Shown one piece after another: positions 17,725-27,127 of a stretch of DNA of 64,000 nucleotides. Origin of the DNA: Planctomycetota bacterium (GTDB lineage: Bacteria > Planctomycetota > UBA1135 > GCA-002686595); assembly GCA_035490315.1 (NCBI GenBank), contig DATHET010000223.1:10542-74541 (forward strand), given 5' to 3'. The translations under genes and the position numbers were made by a program. Under the pieces are notes generated by a model. That model ran no database searches and was not told the DNA's origin. It saw nothing but the letters and a program-made list of their open reading frames with translations. Numbering within the stretch: position 1 is the first letter of the stretch; every line of letters begins with the position of its first letter.

Positions 17725-20700
17725 CGTGGCGTGGCGAGCAGAGTGGCGGGGATTGTAGGGAGCGAAGCAGCGATTTCGCCGCGCCGTTTTTTCCACGATT
17801 GATCCGCCGCCTGCCACCAGAGGCTGCACAGAGATCCCGCGAGTTCCGCGCTGCAGCCCGGGACCTGCTCGGCGCAGCGCCAGACGATGTCGCCCAGCTC
17901 GAGTCTGGGTCGCAGGTCCAGACAACGCAGGGCCTGGAGCTCGACCTCCAATTCGTCGGTCTTCTTCCTGCCGAAGCCGTGGAGCTCGCCCTCGCGCAAG
18001 GCAGCGATGAGCAATTGCGCATCGCCGCCCTTGGATCTGGCGAGGTCGGCGACGCGGCCACGGAAGTTCTCGCTGACGCCGGCTTCCGCGAGCAGGGTGA
18101 GATCGACGGGCCGGCCGCGGCCGATTCTCCAATGCTCGTGGAAAGCGCGCATCAAGGCGATCCGCTGCGTGAGCGGCTCGCGATGGGTCGCGGATGCGAA
18201 GCTCTCGGCGAGGGCCAGCTGCGTCACATGCAACATGGCGAGCTCGTGGACGAGATCCAATTGATCGCGCAGCAGATGGAACACGTGCAGCTCGCCCAGC
18301 GGTCGCTCGAGATCGAGCGCGGGCACCGTCAGGGCGCAGGCGTATTCCTCCGCGCTCAGCTTTCCCGGCGCTGGCAGGGCTCGCTCCGCGGGCAAGATGA
18401 AGTCGCGAGCATCGCTGACCGCGAGGCCGAGCCGTCGGACCTGGGCGAGGTCGATGACGCAAGGCTTCGGTGCGTCCTCGCCGAGCGAGCGCTCGCGCCA
18501 GCGCTCCAGATCGACGCGCTGGCTCGTCAGATACAGGACCTGCCAGCCTTCGGACACGAGAGTCGCGATCGCGCCTTGGATGGCTTCGAAGCGCGCCTCG
18601 TCGGTCGTCGCCAGGGCCTCGTCCAAGACCAGCGGCGGCCGGACTCCCGCGCGCTCAGCGGCGTCGACCGCGAAGGCCAGGCGCGCGGCGAGCAGCATCT
18701 GCGTGCGCGTGCCGCTCGACAAGGACTCGAGCGGCAGCTCGCGATCCAGGACGCGATCGTGGGAGCGGAAATCGACGCCCTGCGCGCCGCTCGAGAGCTG
18801 CAGGGTGTGGCGTCCACCGGTGAATTGCTCGAACAGAGCCTGCGCGCGGAGCAGCACGGCATCCTGCAGGCTCGCTTCCATCCCGCGCTCGACGTCCTCG
18901 ATCAGCAGCTGGGCAAGTGCTGCGTCGAAGGCCTGCTCGCGGCGTTGGTGCAGCGCGTCCTCCGCGCCGCGAAGATTGGCGCGCGCGTTCTCGAGATCTT
19001 CCTTGCCGCGGCGGTCCGCGACGCCGCGCTCGATGCCGCTGATCTCGCGGTGGAACTCCGTGGCGCGCGCCTTCATCGCGAGCAGGTTCGAACGGCGAGC
19101 GTCCAGGTCCGAGTGGGAGTTCGGCCGCCAGCCGGCCCAGCTCGCGAGGTCTCGCCGCGCGCTCTCGAGAGCGTGGCGCTGGATCTTTCGCTCGTCGCTC
19201 AGTCGCTCGAAGTCCTTGCGGCCCCGAGTCAATCGCTCGAGACCCGCGGCGTCGTCGACTCGAAGGCCGATATCGGCAAACAGCTTTTCGACGGTCTTCT
19301 CGAGATCCGCCGCCTCCAGTCGGGCCGCGGCGAGCTCGAGAGTCTGGCGTTCGAAGTCTTCCTGCAGCTTCGAACGTTGCTGCTGCTCCGCGAGGAGTTG
19401 CTCGAGTTGTCGGATCAGGCCCGCCGCGGTCTCTCGCGGAGGCAGGCCGAGTCCTTCGAGGAAGCTCGCGAGCCGATCGCGCGAATCGTCGTACGCTGCT
19501 TCCGCGCAGGAAAGTCTGGCCCGCGCATCGCCGAGCTGCGCAAGATCGCCGGCGCGCTGGCGCAGTCCTTCGAGCGAGACGGCGCTCGGCAAACCGGGCT
19601 GCAGACCGAAGCGGGCTTTGAATTCCTGCGCTTTCTCGCGCAAGCCAGCCAGCCGGACCTCGAGCTCGCGAGCCTGACCGTCGAGCAGCACTTGCATCGA
19701 AGCCGCAGGCGCCGTGGTCGGAAGCGGCGCGGGGCCCGCGAGGCTAATCCACGCTCCCGCGAGAGCCGTCGCAGCGAGGGCCGCGAACAGCGGATGGACC
19801 AGCAAGGCCGCCCCCACTCCGAAAGCGAGCGAGACCAGCGAGACGACCAGCAGCGCGATTCGCGCTCGCGTCCATTTTCCAGGCAGCGTGACGACAGCCG
19901 ATGTGCGATCCGAATCGGCGGGCAGGAAAGCGCGCAGATCCTTCAGCGCGCGAGCTTGGCCCTGCGCGGCGTTCCAATCATCGTTGAACTGCTCGAAGCG
20001 CTCGAGCAGCTCGACCGGCGGAAGCGCCTGGTCGGCGTCACCGGCTTGCTGCATCCAGCGCGCGAGTCGTGCCTCGAGGGTTTGAACATCCAGCTGCGCG
20101 CGCTGCTGCTCGCCTTCGAGCGCGAGCAAGGACCGCGCGTCTTCCAGGCGCGCACTCGTCGCCGCCGTGTCGCAGACTCGCGCCGATTCGCCCGACCGCG
20201 AAAGTTGCGCGCGCGCAGCCTCGACGGCGGCCTCGCGACTGCGACAAGCCTTTCGACTCAGCTCGAGTCGCTTGGTCTCGGCCGCAAGGTGACCGAGGAA
20301 AGCAGGAGTCAGCGGTTCGCTGGCCGCGACCGCGGCGAGCTCGGGCTCGATGCGCTCGAGCTCGCGCAGCGCGTGGCGCTCGAGATCGAAGGAATTCAAC
20401 GCCGACTCCTCGGCGACGGCGCGCTGCGCCTGCTCCAGTTCTTCGCGAAGCGTGTCGAGCCTTGCCGCCTCCTTCTCCCAGTCCCCTTGATTGCTCTTGA
20501 CCTCGTCGAGTGCGCGCCGCGCCGTCTTGACCAGATCCTTCTCGACATGACCGAGCTGCGGCGCGACCGCCAGAGCAGCGCGAGCCTTCGCGAAGTCATA
20601 TCCGCCGGCGAGGGCGCGCGAGATCTGCGCGGCCAGCGTCGCGGTGCCGACACCCTCGCCCTTGCGCTCGTCGACCGCGATGCGGAAACACCCGGCGATC

Positions 20701-21011
20701 TCGTCAGCCGGCAGCGCGGGCGCGGGAACCTCGCTTCCTTCGTCGTACCAGGTGGTCGCCAGGCCGCGATGCCGCGCGCGCAGCGAGCGCTCGCCCAGGC
20801 GGAATTTCGCGACGATCTCCAGACTCGGATTCGTCTCCAGGCCGGGCCAGAGCACGCTGAACAGGGCGCGGGCGAGCGAGCTCTTGCCGGACTCGTTCGG
20901 GCCGACGATCAGGACCTCGCTCGCGCCGCCCGTGGTGATCGCGAACGAATCGGAGAAGCCCGGCGCGTGCACCAGCTCCAGCTCGAGCAGCTCGAGCGTC
21001 TTCGTGCTCAC
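17721..21011 (-). CDS. SbcC/Rad50-like (YhaN-type) AAA ATPase with coiled-coil, central TM helices and a long C-terminal extension
   Basis: Walker A is GPNESGKSS near the N-terminus, followed by long Ala/Glu/Arg/Leu coiled-coil regions. Two hydrophobic helices are present (IALLVVSLVSLAFGVGAALLV / LFAALAATALAGAWISLAG). The signature is LSSGTRTQ and Walker B is LVLDEA. The GTG start overlaps the upstream stop (GTGA). Confidence 0.85.
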   Translation of the reverse strand: MSTKTLELLELELVHAPGFSDSFAITTGGASEVLIVGPNESGKSSLARALFSVLWPGLETNPSLEIVAKFRLGERSLRARHRGLATTWYDEGSEVPAPALPADEIAGCFRIAVDERKGEGVGTATLAAQISRALAGGYDFAKARAALAVAPQLGHVEKDLVKTARRALDEVKSNQGDWEKEAARLDTLREELEQAQRAVAEESALNSFDLERHALRELERIEPELAAVAASEPLTPAFLGHLAAETKRLELSRKACRSREAAVEAARAQLSRSGESARVCDTAATSARLEDARSLLALEGEQQRAQLDVQTLEARLARWMQQAGDADQALPPVELLERFEQFNDDWNAAQGQARALKDLRAFLPADSDRTSAVVTLPGKWTRARIALLVVSLVSLAFGVGAALLVHPLFAALAATALAGAWISLAGPAPLPTTAPAASMQVLLDGQARELEVRLAGLREKAQEFKARFGLQPGLPSAVSLEGLRQRAGDLAQLGDARARLSCAEAAYDDSRDRLASFLEGLGLPPRETAAGLIRQLEQLLAEQQQRSKLQEDFERQTLELAAARLEAADLEKTVEKLFADIGLRVDDAAGLERLTRGRKDFERLSDERKIQRHALESARRDLASWAGWRPNSHSDLDARRSNLLAMKARATEFHREISGIERGVADRRGKEDLENARANLRGAEDALHQRREQAFDAALAQLLIEDVERGMEASLQDAVLLRAQALFEQFTGGRHTLQLSSGAQGVDFRSHDRVLDRELPLESLSSGTRTQMLLAARLAFAVDAAERAGVRPPLVLDEALATTDEARFEAIQGAIATLVSEGWQVLYLTSQRVDLERWRERSLGEDAPKPCVIDLAQVRRLGLAVSDARDFILPAERALPAPGKLSAEEYACALTVPALDLERPLGELHVFHLLRDQLDLVHELAMLHVTQLALAESFASATHREPLTQRIALMRAFHEHWRIGRGRPVDLTLLAEAGVSENFRGRVADLARSKGGDAQLLIAALREGELHGFGRKKTDELEVELQALRCLDLRPRLELGDIVWRCAEQVPGCSAELAGSLCSLWWQAADQSWKKRRGEIAASLPTIPATLLATPR

Positions 21012-22351
21012 GCGAGAGCTCCTTGGCGCGTCGCCTCGAGCTGCTCGAGAGCGCGCCATCCTCCGCGCACCAGACGCGCGCGGATTTCCTCATCGGTTTC
21101 CTGCGCGGGAGCGAGCACGCCCAGGAATTCGCGCCGCGCCGATTGCGCCTCGATCGTTTTCCGAGCGCGGCAGATCAGCTCGGCGGCGAGCGGCGACGCG
21201 GGATCCTGCAAGGCGAGCAATCGACGCGCGAGCAGACCGGCCGGACCGCTGGAGAGGCTGCGCGCCGCGAGGTCGACGGGCTCGTGCATCCGATCCTCGA
21301 TCGCCGCGACGAAGCAGAAGAGTCCTTCGAACTCCGTCGACAGGAGGCGGCGGCTCTCGAACTGCGAAAGCCTGGCCCGCAAGGCCGTCAACGCCGGCGT
21401 CGCGCCTTGCAAGACGACGTTGAACCCGACGGCGCGCGCGGAATTCGCGGCGGCGCGAAAGGCATCGCGAGTCCGTGCATAGCATCCGCGCAGCGCGAGC
21501 TCGAAGGCTTCGGGATCCGTCCATTCCGACGCGTCGAGCGTCACGGACTCGAAGGCGAGCGGCGCGATCGGTCGCTGCTCGATGCGCAGCACGCCCGAGG
21601 CCGCGACCTCGACGATCCACGGCCCGTGGGCTCCTGTTTCCGTGCGGTCGAGCGCCGTGATCGAGCCCAGGTAACCGATCGGCCGCTGCGACCTTGGATC
21701 GAGCGAAGGTTTGTGGATGTGGCCGAGGAACCAGGCCTTGACCGCGATCTCCTTTTCCAATTCGCGCGCGCGGATCGGCGCGTAGCGCGAGCCCGGGTTG
21801 TCCAGATCGCCGTGCACCACGCCGAGCACCGCTGCGACGTCGTCGGGAGCCCGCGGTTGCGCGCTGCTGAACGGACTCTCGCTGACCTGCTGCGCTGGAA
21901 ACGACCAGCCGCGCAAACAGATCCTCGGCCCGTCGCTCCCGGCGAAGCTCACGTCTTCCCAGCGTCCCGCCGCGCCGAGCAGATGGAACTGTGGAAAGCT
22001 GCGCGCCAACCTCGGCAGGGTCTCGACGTCGTGGTTTCCCGCGACGGCGAAGACTCGCATGCCGGCTCGCATCAGCGGCTCGACAGCGCGCGTCAGCGCC
22101 CCGAAGGCTTCGAACACACTGTTCTCGCGCTCGACCACGTCGCCCGCGAAGACGAAAGCATCGACCCTCGCCCGGCAAGCCTCCTCGACCGCGCGCGAAA
22201 GGGCGACCTTGCTGCCCAGCTCGCTCGGAGACAGACCGGACTGCTCCTGGAGTTCCTTGGGCAGGCCCGCCGGCCGGCGCCCGAGATGGACGTCGCCGCA
22301 GAACATGACGCGAGTGGGCACGCGGGCATTCTGGCATCCGGCGCGCGCCAT
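21008..22351 (-). CDS. Mre11/SbcD-like (YhaO-type) metallophosphoesterase nuclease subunit
   Basis: Calcineurin-like phosphoesterase motifs occur in order: GDVHLG, AGDVVE, AGNHD, VVHGD, GHIHKP. The start is ambiguous (22351, or the GTG at 22321 just before VPTRVMFCGDVHLG). Confidence 0.85.
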   Translation of the reverse strand: MARAGCQNARVPTRVMFCGDVHLGRRPAGLPKELQEQSGLSPSELGSKVALSRAVEEACRARVDAFVFAGDVVERENSVFEAFGALTRAVEPLMRAGMRVFAVAGNHDVETLPRLARSFPQFHLLGAAGRWEDVSFAGSDGPRICLRGWSFPAQQVSESPFSSAQPRAPDDVAAVLGVVHGDLDNPGSRYAPIRARELEKEIAVKAWFLGHIHKPSLDPRSQRPIGYLGSITALDRTETGAHGPWIVEVAASGVLRIEQRPIAPLAFESVTLDASEWTDPEAFELALRGCYARTRDAFRAAANSARAVGFNVVLQGATPALTALRARLSQFESRRLLSTEFEGLFCFVAAIEDRMHEPVDLAARSLSSGPAGLLARRLLALQDPASPLAAELICRARKTIEAQSARREFLGVLAPAQETDEEIRARLVRGGWRALEQLEATRQGALA

Positions 22352-22554
22352 CGCACGGCGCTGGACAGGCGGCGGACACGGGATTATTTCCGGCGGTTAG
22401 ACTGCACGCGCGGTGACGCCAAGGTGAACAATGCAGTCCCGTCCCGGTGCGGCGAACGCCAGGCACCGAATGGCGGTAGGGTCTGCAGTAGCCGCCGGAG
22501 TAACGCCCGGCCGTCATCGCATCGCTCTGAGGTCGGAAGTCCACAGGAGGAACC

Positions 22555-22890
22555 ATGAAGCTCGTCGTTCCGATGCTGCTCGCATCCGCCGTCACCGGCG
22601 CCGCATTCTCCAACTCGACCGCGCAGGCACAGACGGGGCCCGCGATCCCCACCTTCGCCCAGCCCGCGCGCTTGAAAGCGGGCGAGACCTTCCTCGGTGG
22701 AAAGCGGCTGTTCCCCTCACCGGTGTTCCACGACATCGACGGCGACGGCCTCCAGGACATCGTGGTCGGCGACCTCAAGGGACGCCTGACCGTGGCGCTG
22801 CGCAAGCCCGGCAAGGGACCGGCCGCCTACGCAGCGGAGACGAATCTGATGAGCGTCGATGGCAAGGAGATCGACTTCCACAACTGGTGA
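22555..22890 (+). CDS. FG-GAP/VCBS repeat protein, N-terminal part with signal peptide (ends at an in-frame TGA)
   Basis: Strong RBS AGGAGGAA. The signal peptide is MKLVVPMLLASAVTGAAFSNSTAQA. One FG-GAP unit is present (FHDIDGDGLQDIVVGD). The TGA at 22888-22890 is in the same frame as the next ORF. Confidence 0.6.
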   Translation: MKLVVPMLLASAVTGAAFSNSTAQAQTGPAIPTFAQPARLKAGETFLGGKRLFPSPVFHDIDGDGLQDIVVGDLKGRLTVALRKPGKGPAAYAAETNLMSVDGKEIDFHNW

Positions 22891-22899
22891 TGCATCGGC

Positions 22900-23934
22900 A
22901 TGAGTCCACAGTTCGTGGACCTCAACGGCGACGGCAAGCTCGACATCGTCGCCGGCACCTTCGACGGCTCGCCGCACGTCGCCTACGCGACGGACAAGGG
23001 TTGGAAGCAGCCCGAGCAGATCGTCGACCGCAACGGGGCGCGCATCATGGCCAATGACTTCTGGAACTTCGAGACGAAGAAATGGGACTCGACGAACCTC
23101 TGCGACCCGGAGGGCGTGCGCGTGGAATCTGGATCGCAGGTGACCTCTGCGGTCGCCTTCGACTGGGAAGGCGACGGCGATCTCGACCTCCTGCTCGGCG
23201 ACCACAAGAATGGCTACGTCTACCTGCGCAGGAACGAAGGCAGCGCCACGCGACCCGCCTTCGCGGTGCGCAACGAGCAGGTGCAGGCCGGCTCGAAGCC
23301 GATGAAGGTTCCCGGCACGGTCGCGACGATGCGCCTCGTCGACTGGAATCGCGACGGGCTCACCGACCTCGCCTGCGGCAGCATGGGCGACTCGTACGGC
23401 CAGCTCGAGGGCGGCGGCGTGTTCGTGTACGGGAACAGCGGCACGAAGCAGCTCCCCGTTTTCGGCGAGCCACTCGTGCTGCTGCGGCCGAGCATGAAGA
23501 CCAGCAAAGAAGGGCCGACGCGCCCCGATTCTGGTCTCTACATGGATTTTGGGGACGCCGATGGCGACGGAGATCTCGACCTCCTGGTCGGTGCTTATTC
23601 ACACTGGTCCGTGGAGGGTCCACCGCTCACTGCGCAGCAGAAGGTTCGGGTCAAGGACCTGAAGGAGCAGCTCGCCGCGGTGCAGACCGAGTCCGCAAAG
23701 TTGAATGAAGCGCTCGGCTTCATCGTCACGGGACTTGATGAGGAAGCCGCGGCGAAGAAACGCGAGGAGCTGCTGGCGACGCAGAAGGAAGCGCGCCTCG
23801 CGCTCAACAAGCGAAGACTCGAGCTTCAGGAGGAGCTCGATCCGATGGAGGGCGGACCCAAACGCGATTCCTTCGTATGGATCTACGAGAACCAGAGCCC
23901 GCCTGCGCCTGCCAAGCCGAGCGAATCGCGCTGA
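22900..23934 (+). CDS. FG-GAP/VCBS repeat protein, continuation (no signal peptide of its own) with C-terminal coiled coil
   Basis: Repeats present: FVDLNGDGKLDIVAG, FDWEGDGDLDLLLGD, VDWNRDGLTDLACG, FGDADGDGDLDLLVG. It is in the same reading frame as 22555-22890, separated only by TGA plus 3 codons. Confidence 0.65.
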   Translation: MSPQFVDLNGDGKLDIVAGTFDGSPHVAYATDKGWKQPEQIVDRNGARIMANDFWNFETKKWDSTNLCDPEGVRVESGSQVTSAVAFDWEGDGDLDLLLGDHKNGYVYLRRNEGSATRPAFAVRNEQVQAGSKPMKVPGTVATMRLVDWNRDGLTDLACGSMGDSYGQLEGGGVFVYGNSGTKQLPVFGEPLVLLRPSMKTSKEGPTRPDSGLYMDFGDADGDGDLDLLVGAYSHWSVEGPPLTAQQKVRVKDLKEQLAAVQTESAKLNEALGFIVTGLDEEAAAKKREELLATQKEARLALNKRRLELQEELDPMEGGPKRDSFVWIYENQSPPAPAKPSESR

Positions 23935-23943
23935 TCGAGAGTT

Positions 23944-25353
23944 CTACTCTTCCCAGCCGCCGCCGAGCGCCTTGTAGACGGCGATCGTGTCGGAGCACAG
24001 GGCTGCTTCGCTCTGAGTCACTGCGCTCTCCGCGGAGAGGGCGGCGCGCTGAGCGTCGAGCACTTCGAAAAAGTCGACCATGCCTTCGCGGTTGAGGGCG
24101 CGAGCCAGCTCCAGGGCGCGTTTCGCGGCGTCGAAGGCTTCGCGCAAGGAAGCGAGCCGAGTGCGCTCACGATCGCTGGCGACGAGCGCGTCCTCGACTT
24201 CGCGCAGGGCGACCAGGGCCGTCGACTCGTAGCGCACCAGAGCCTGCTCCTGCCGAGCGTCCTGGACGCGCACGTTCGCGCGCAGGGCTCCGGAATTGAA
24301 AATCGGCGCGATGACGCTCGGTCCGACCGAGAACGTTCCGCTGTCGCCGTCGAACAGATGCGACAGCGAGTTCGACTGGACGCCGAAGGCAGCGGACAAC
24401 GATAGTCGCGGAAAAAGTTCGGCCACGGCCTGAGCGGTCAACGCCGTGGCCTGGGCGAGCTCACGTTCCGCGCGGCGGATGTCGGCGCGCCGGCGCAGCA
24501 GATCGGCCGGAACTCCCGTAGCTCTGACCGGCGGCGACTCCGGGATCGGCGCAGTCGACGACAACTCGGCCGCGAGGGCATTGGGCTCGGCCCCGAGAAG
24601 CACGCCGATGCGGTGCAGAGCTTCGCTCGCGCGCACCTCGAGCTGCGGCAGGAGCGCGCGCGTCGTCGCGACCTGGGTCTCGGAGCGGGCGACGTCGAAT
24701 CCGCTCGCCATCTCGGAGGTCGCGCGCACGCGCACGAGGTCGAGCGTGTCCTGTTGCAGCGCGAGATTGGCGCGCGTCAGATCCGCTTCGTTCCGCGCGG
24801 CGCGCAGCTCGACGTAGTTGCGCGCGAGCTCGGCGTAGAGGGTCACCAGGACGTCGCGGCTGTCCTCGATCGCGGCCTGGGCTCCGGCGCGCGCGGCCTC
24901 GATCTCGCGCGCGTTGCGTCCGAAGACGTCGACTTCCCACGCCGCGTCGAAACCGAGCTGGAACAGCTCTGTCGGGCCCGGGCTCGCGAAGAAGGAGTTG
25001 CCGAGCGTGGTGCTCGTCTCCTGCCATGCGTAGCCGGCCTGGGCGTCGACCTGCGGGCCGGCGCGGCCGCCGGCGAGGTCGTAAAGTGCGCGAGCTTCGC
25101 GCACGCGCGCGGCGGCTGCGCGCAGGTCGAGGTTGGATGTCCGCGCGCGCTCGATCAATCGCGTGAGTTGCTCGTCGTGCAATTGCGACCACCAGTGGGC
25201 CGTCGATGCGTCCGCGGGCTGGGCGCTTTCGGCCGGTGCAGCGGCCGCGGCGAAGCTCGCGGGGAGCTCGATCTTCGGCTCGCGATAGTCCTTGCCCGCC
25301 TTGCAGGCGCAGAGGACCATCAGGCTCGCGAAAACGAACGCGCGCGGTCTCAC
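23944..25353 (-). CDS. Outer-membrane efflux lipoprotein (TolC/NodT family)
   Basis: The lipobox is LMVLCAC. Two OEP repeats carry typical 'DL..A...V..A......A' helices. The GTG start overlaps the HlyD stop (GTGA). Confidence 0.9.
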   Translation of the reverse strand: MRPRAFVFASLMVLCACKAGKDYREPKIELPASFAAAAAPAESAQPADASTAHWWSQLHDEQLTRLIERARTSNLDLRAAAARVREARALYDLAGGRAGPQVDAQAGYAWQETSTTLGNSFFASPGPTELFQLGFDAAWEVDVFGRNAREIEAARAGAQAAIEDSRDVLVTLYAELARNYVELRAARNEADLTRANLALQQDTLDLVRVRATSEMASGFDVARSETQVATTRALLPQLEVRASEALHRIGVLLGAEPNALAAELSSTAPIPESPPVRATGVPADLLRRRADIRRAERELAQATALTAQAVAELFPRLSLSAAFGVQSNSLSHLFDGDSGTFSVGPSVIAPIFNSGALRANVRVQDARQEQALVRYESTALVALREVEDALVASDRERTRLASLREAFDAAKRALELARALNREGMVDFFEVLDAQRAALSAESAVTQSEAALCSDTIAVYKALGGGWEE

Positions 25354-26414
25354 TTCTTCTCCTCATTCGCTTGCTGGGCCTCGATGAACACGTCCATCTG
25401 CTGGCCGACGTAGACGGGCAGCGCGCTCGGATCGAAGCTGTAGATCACCTGCAAGACGCGCGTGTCGACGCGCTCGCTCGTGTCGCCGGTCAGCGAGCGC
25501 TTGGGCACGACGTAAGGGTCGACGCGCACGAATTCGAGCGCGGCGCTGAGGTCGCGATTGCCGCGCACGGTCGCCCTGGCCTTGGCGCCTTCGCGCAGGC
25601 GCCAGGCTTCGCTCTCGTCGATGTCGACGCGCACGTGCAGCCGCGCGAGATTGCCGAAGAGGATCAAGGGATCCTTGAGCACGCCGCTGGGCGCGTACTC
25701 GCCCTGGCGCACGTTGACCTGGAGCACGACGCCGTCGACTGGAGCGCGCACGATCAGTCGCTCGCGCTGAGTCTCGATCTGCGCGACGAGCGCGCGCGCC
25801 TTGGCGACCTGGGCTTGTGCGACCGCGATGTCCGCGCTCCAGGCGCCCGCCGCGAGCTTGTCGAATTCGGCCTGGGCCTCGGCGCTGCGCGCCTTGGCGA
25901 CGAGCTCGTTGGTTCGACGGCGCGTCAGCTCCTCGACGGTGACCGCGCGCTGATCGCTGACCGCCAGGGCGCGCTCCAGCTGCGATTTCGCGTCGACGGC
26001 CAGTGCTTCCGCCGATTCCAAGCGCGCGCGCGTCGCGGGAACGTCCTCCTTGCGCGGCAGGGCCTTCAAGCGCTCGAGATCCGCGATCGCGGCGTCGAGA
26101 CTCGCGCCGCGCACCAAGGCTTCCGCGGCGAACTCACGGTCGTCGATGCGGAACAGCACGTCGCCAGCTTTCATCTGCTGACTCTGGCGCACTGACACCG
26201 CCGAGACGATGCCTGCGATCGGCGTTCCGATCGCGATGTTCTGGCTCGCGGCCTCGACGATGCCAGCGCCCGCGATGGTCTCGTGGAAAGGCGTGAGAGC
26301 GGGCTCGGCGGCGGGCGCGGCCACGGGCGTAGGTCGCTGCCCCATCGCGACCGTGTAGAGCGCGAAGATCAGACCGGCGAGCGAGAGAAGCGGCAGGATG
26401 AGCTTGCGAATCAT
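25350..26414 (-). CDS. HlyD/MFP-family periplasmic adaptor (DevB/MacA-like)
   Basis: N-terminal TM anchor, a biotinyl-lipoyl-like segment (GIVSAVSVRQSQQMKAGDVLFRID), a coiled-coil hairpin and a beta-barrel. The ATG overlaps the ATPase stop (ATGA). Confidence 0.9.
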   Translation of the reverse strand: MIRKLILPLLSLAGLIFALYTVAMGQRPTPVAAPAAEPALTPFHETIAGAGIVEAASQNIAIGTPIAGIVSAVSVRQSQQMKAGDVLFRIDDREFAAEALVRGASLDAAIADLERLKALPRKEDVPATRARLESAEALAVDAKSQLERALAVSDQRAVTVEELTRRRTNELVAKARSAEAQAEFDKLAAGAWSADIAVAQAQVAKARALVAQIETQRERLIVRAPVDGVVLQVNVRQGEYAPSGVLKDPLILFGNLARLHVRVDIDESEAWRLREGAKARATVRGNRDLSAALEFVRVDPYVVPKRSLTGDTSERVDTRVLQVIYSFDPSALPVYVGQQMDVFIEAQQANEEKK

Positions 26415-27121
26415 GACGATGCTCCGTTCATTTCGATGCGTGTGATGCGGCCGTCGTCCATGCGCGCGATGCGGTCCGCGTAGCTGAAGATCCGCGTGTC
26501 GTGCGTGACGATCACCAGCGCGCGACCCTCGGCGACCGCGGTCTTGCGCAGCAGCTCGATGACGGTCCGGCCGGTCTCGTGGTCGAGGGAGGAAGTCGGC
26601 TCGTCGCAGACGATCAAGCGCGGCCCGTGCACCAGGGCGCGGCCGATCGCGACGCGTTGCTGCTGGCCGCCCGACAGTTGCGCGGGCAGGGAATCACCGC
26701 GATCGCCGAGGCCGACTTCCGCGAGCACGGCTTGCGCGCGCTCCAATGCATTCTTGCGGTTCTCGCCGAGGATCAACAGCGGCACGGCGACGTTCTCGCG
26801 CGCGTTCAGCGAAGGCAGGAGATTGAAAGCCTGAAACACGAAGCCGATGTGCACGCCGCGCCATTTCGTTTTTTCGCGCTGCCCCATCGCCTTGAAATCG
26901 CGGCCGAAAACGATCGCTTCGCCCTCGTCCTGGTCGAGGATTCCGGCGATCACGGAGATCAGCGTGGTCTTGCCGCAGCCCGAGGGTCCGACCAGCATCA
27001 ACAGCTCGTTCGGGAACACGTCGAGGTCGACGCCGCGCAGAGCGTGGGTGCGCGTGGTGCCGCTCGTGTACGTCTTCGTCACGCCTCGACAACTCACCGC
27101 CAATGTCGTTTCGGTCTGCAT
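26411..27121 (-). CDS. ABC transporter ATP-binding protein (DevA/MacB-ATPase/LolD-like)
   Basis: Walker A is GPSGCGKTT, the signature is LSGGQQQRVAIGRAL, Walker B is LIVCDEPTSSLD, and the H-loop is VIVTHD. Confidence 0.95.
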   Translation of the reverse strand: MQTETTLAVSCRGVTKTYTSGTTRTHALRGVDLDVFPNELLMLVGPSGCGKTTLISVIAGILDQDEGEAIVFGRDFKAMGQREKTKWRGVHIGFVFQAFNLLPSLNARENVAVPLLILGENRKNALERAQAVLAEVGLGDRGDSLPAQLSGGQQQRVAIGRALVHGPRLIVCDEPTSSLDHETGRTVIELLRKTAVAEGRALVIVTHDTRIFSYADRIARMDDGRITRIEMNGASS

Positions 27122-27127
27122 CGCGTG

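Noticed and set aside
17725-18462. N-terminal extension of the hisS ORF (the track lists 16393-18462)
   Set aside because: HisS homology starts at MTQISTKPPSGMRDY (17724). The upstream part overlaps the ATPase gene in another frame.
17661-21482. 1273-aa ORF on the plus strand, the longest ORF in the window
   Set aside because: It lies antisense to the SbcC-like and SbcD-like genes. Its translation is Arg/Ala/Gly/Leu-rich with no motifs. The minus-strand frames carry Walker A/B, the ABC signature and the ordered phosphoesterase motifs. Long antisense ORFs are expected in high-GC DNA because stop codons are rare.
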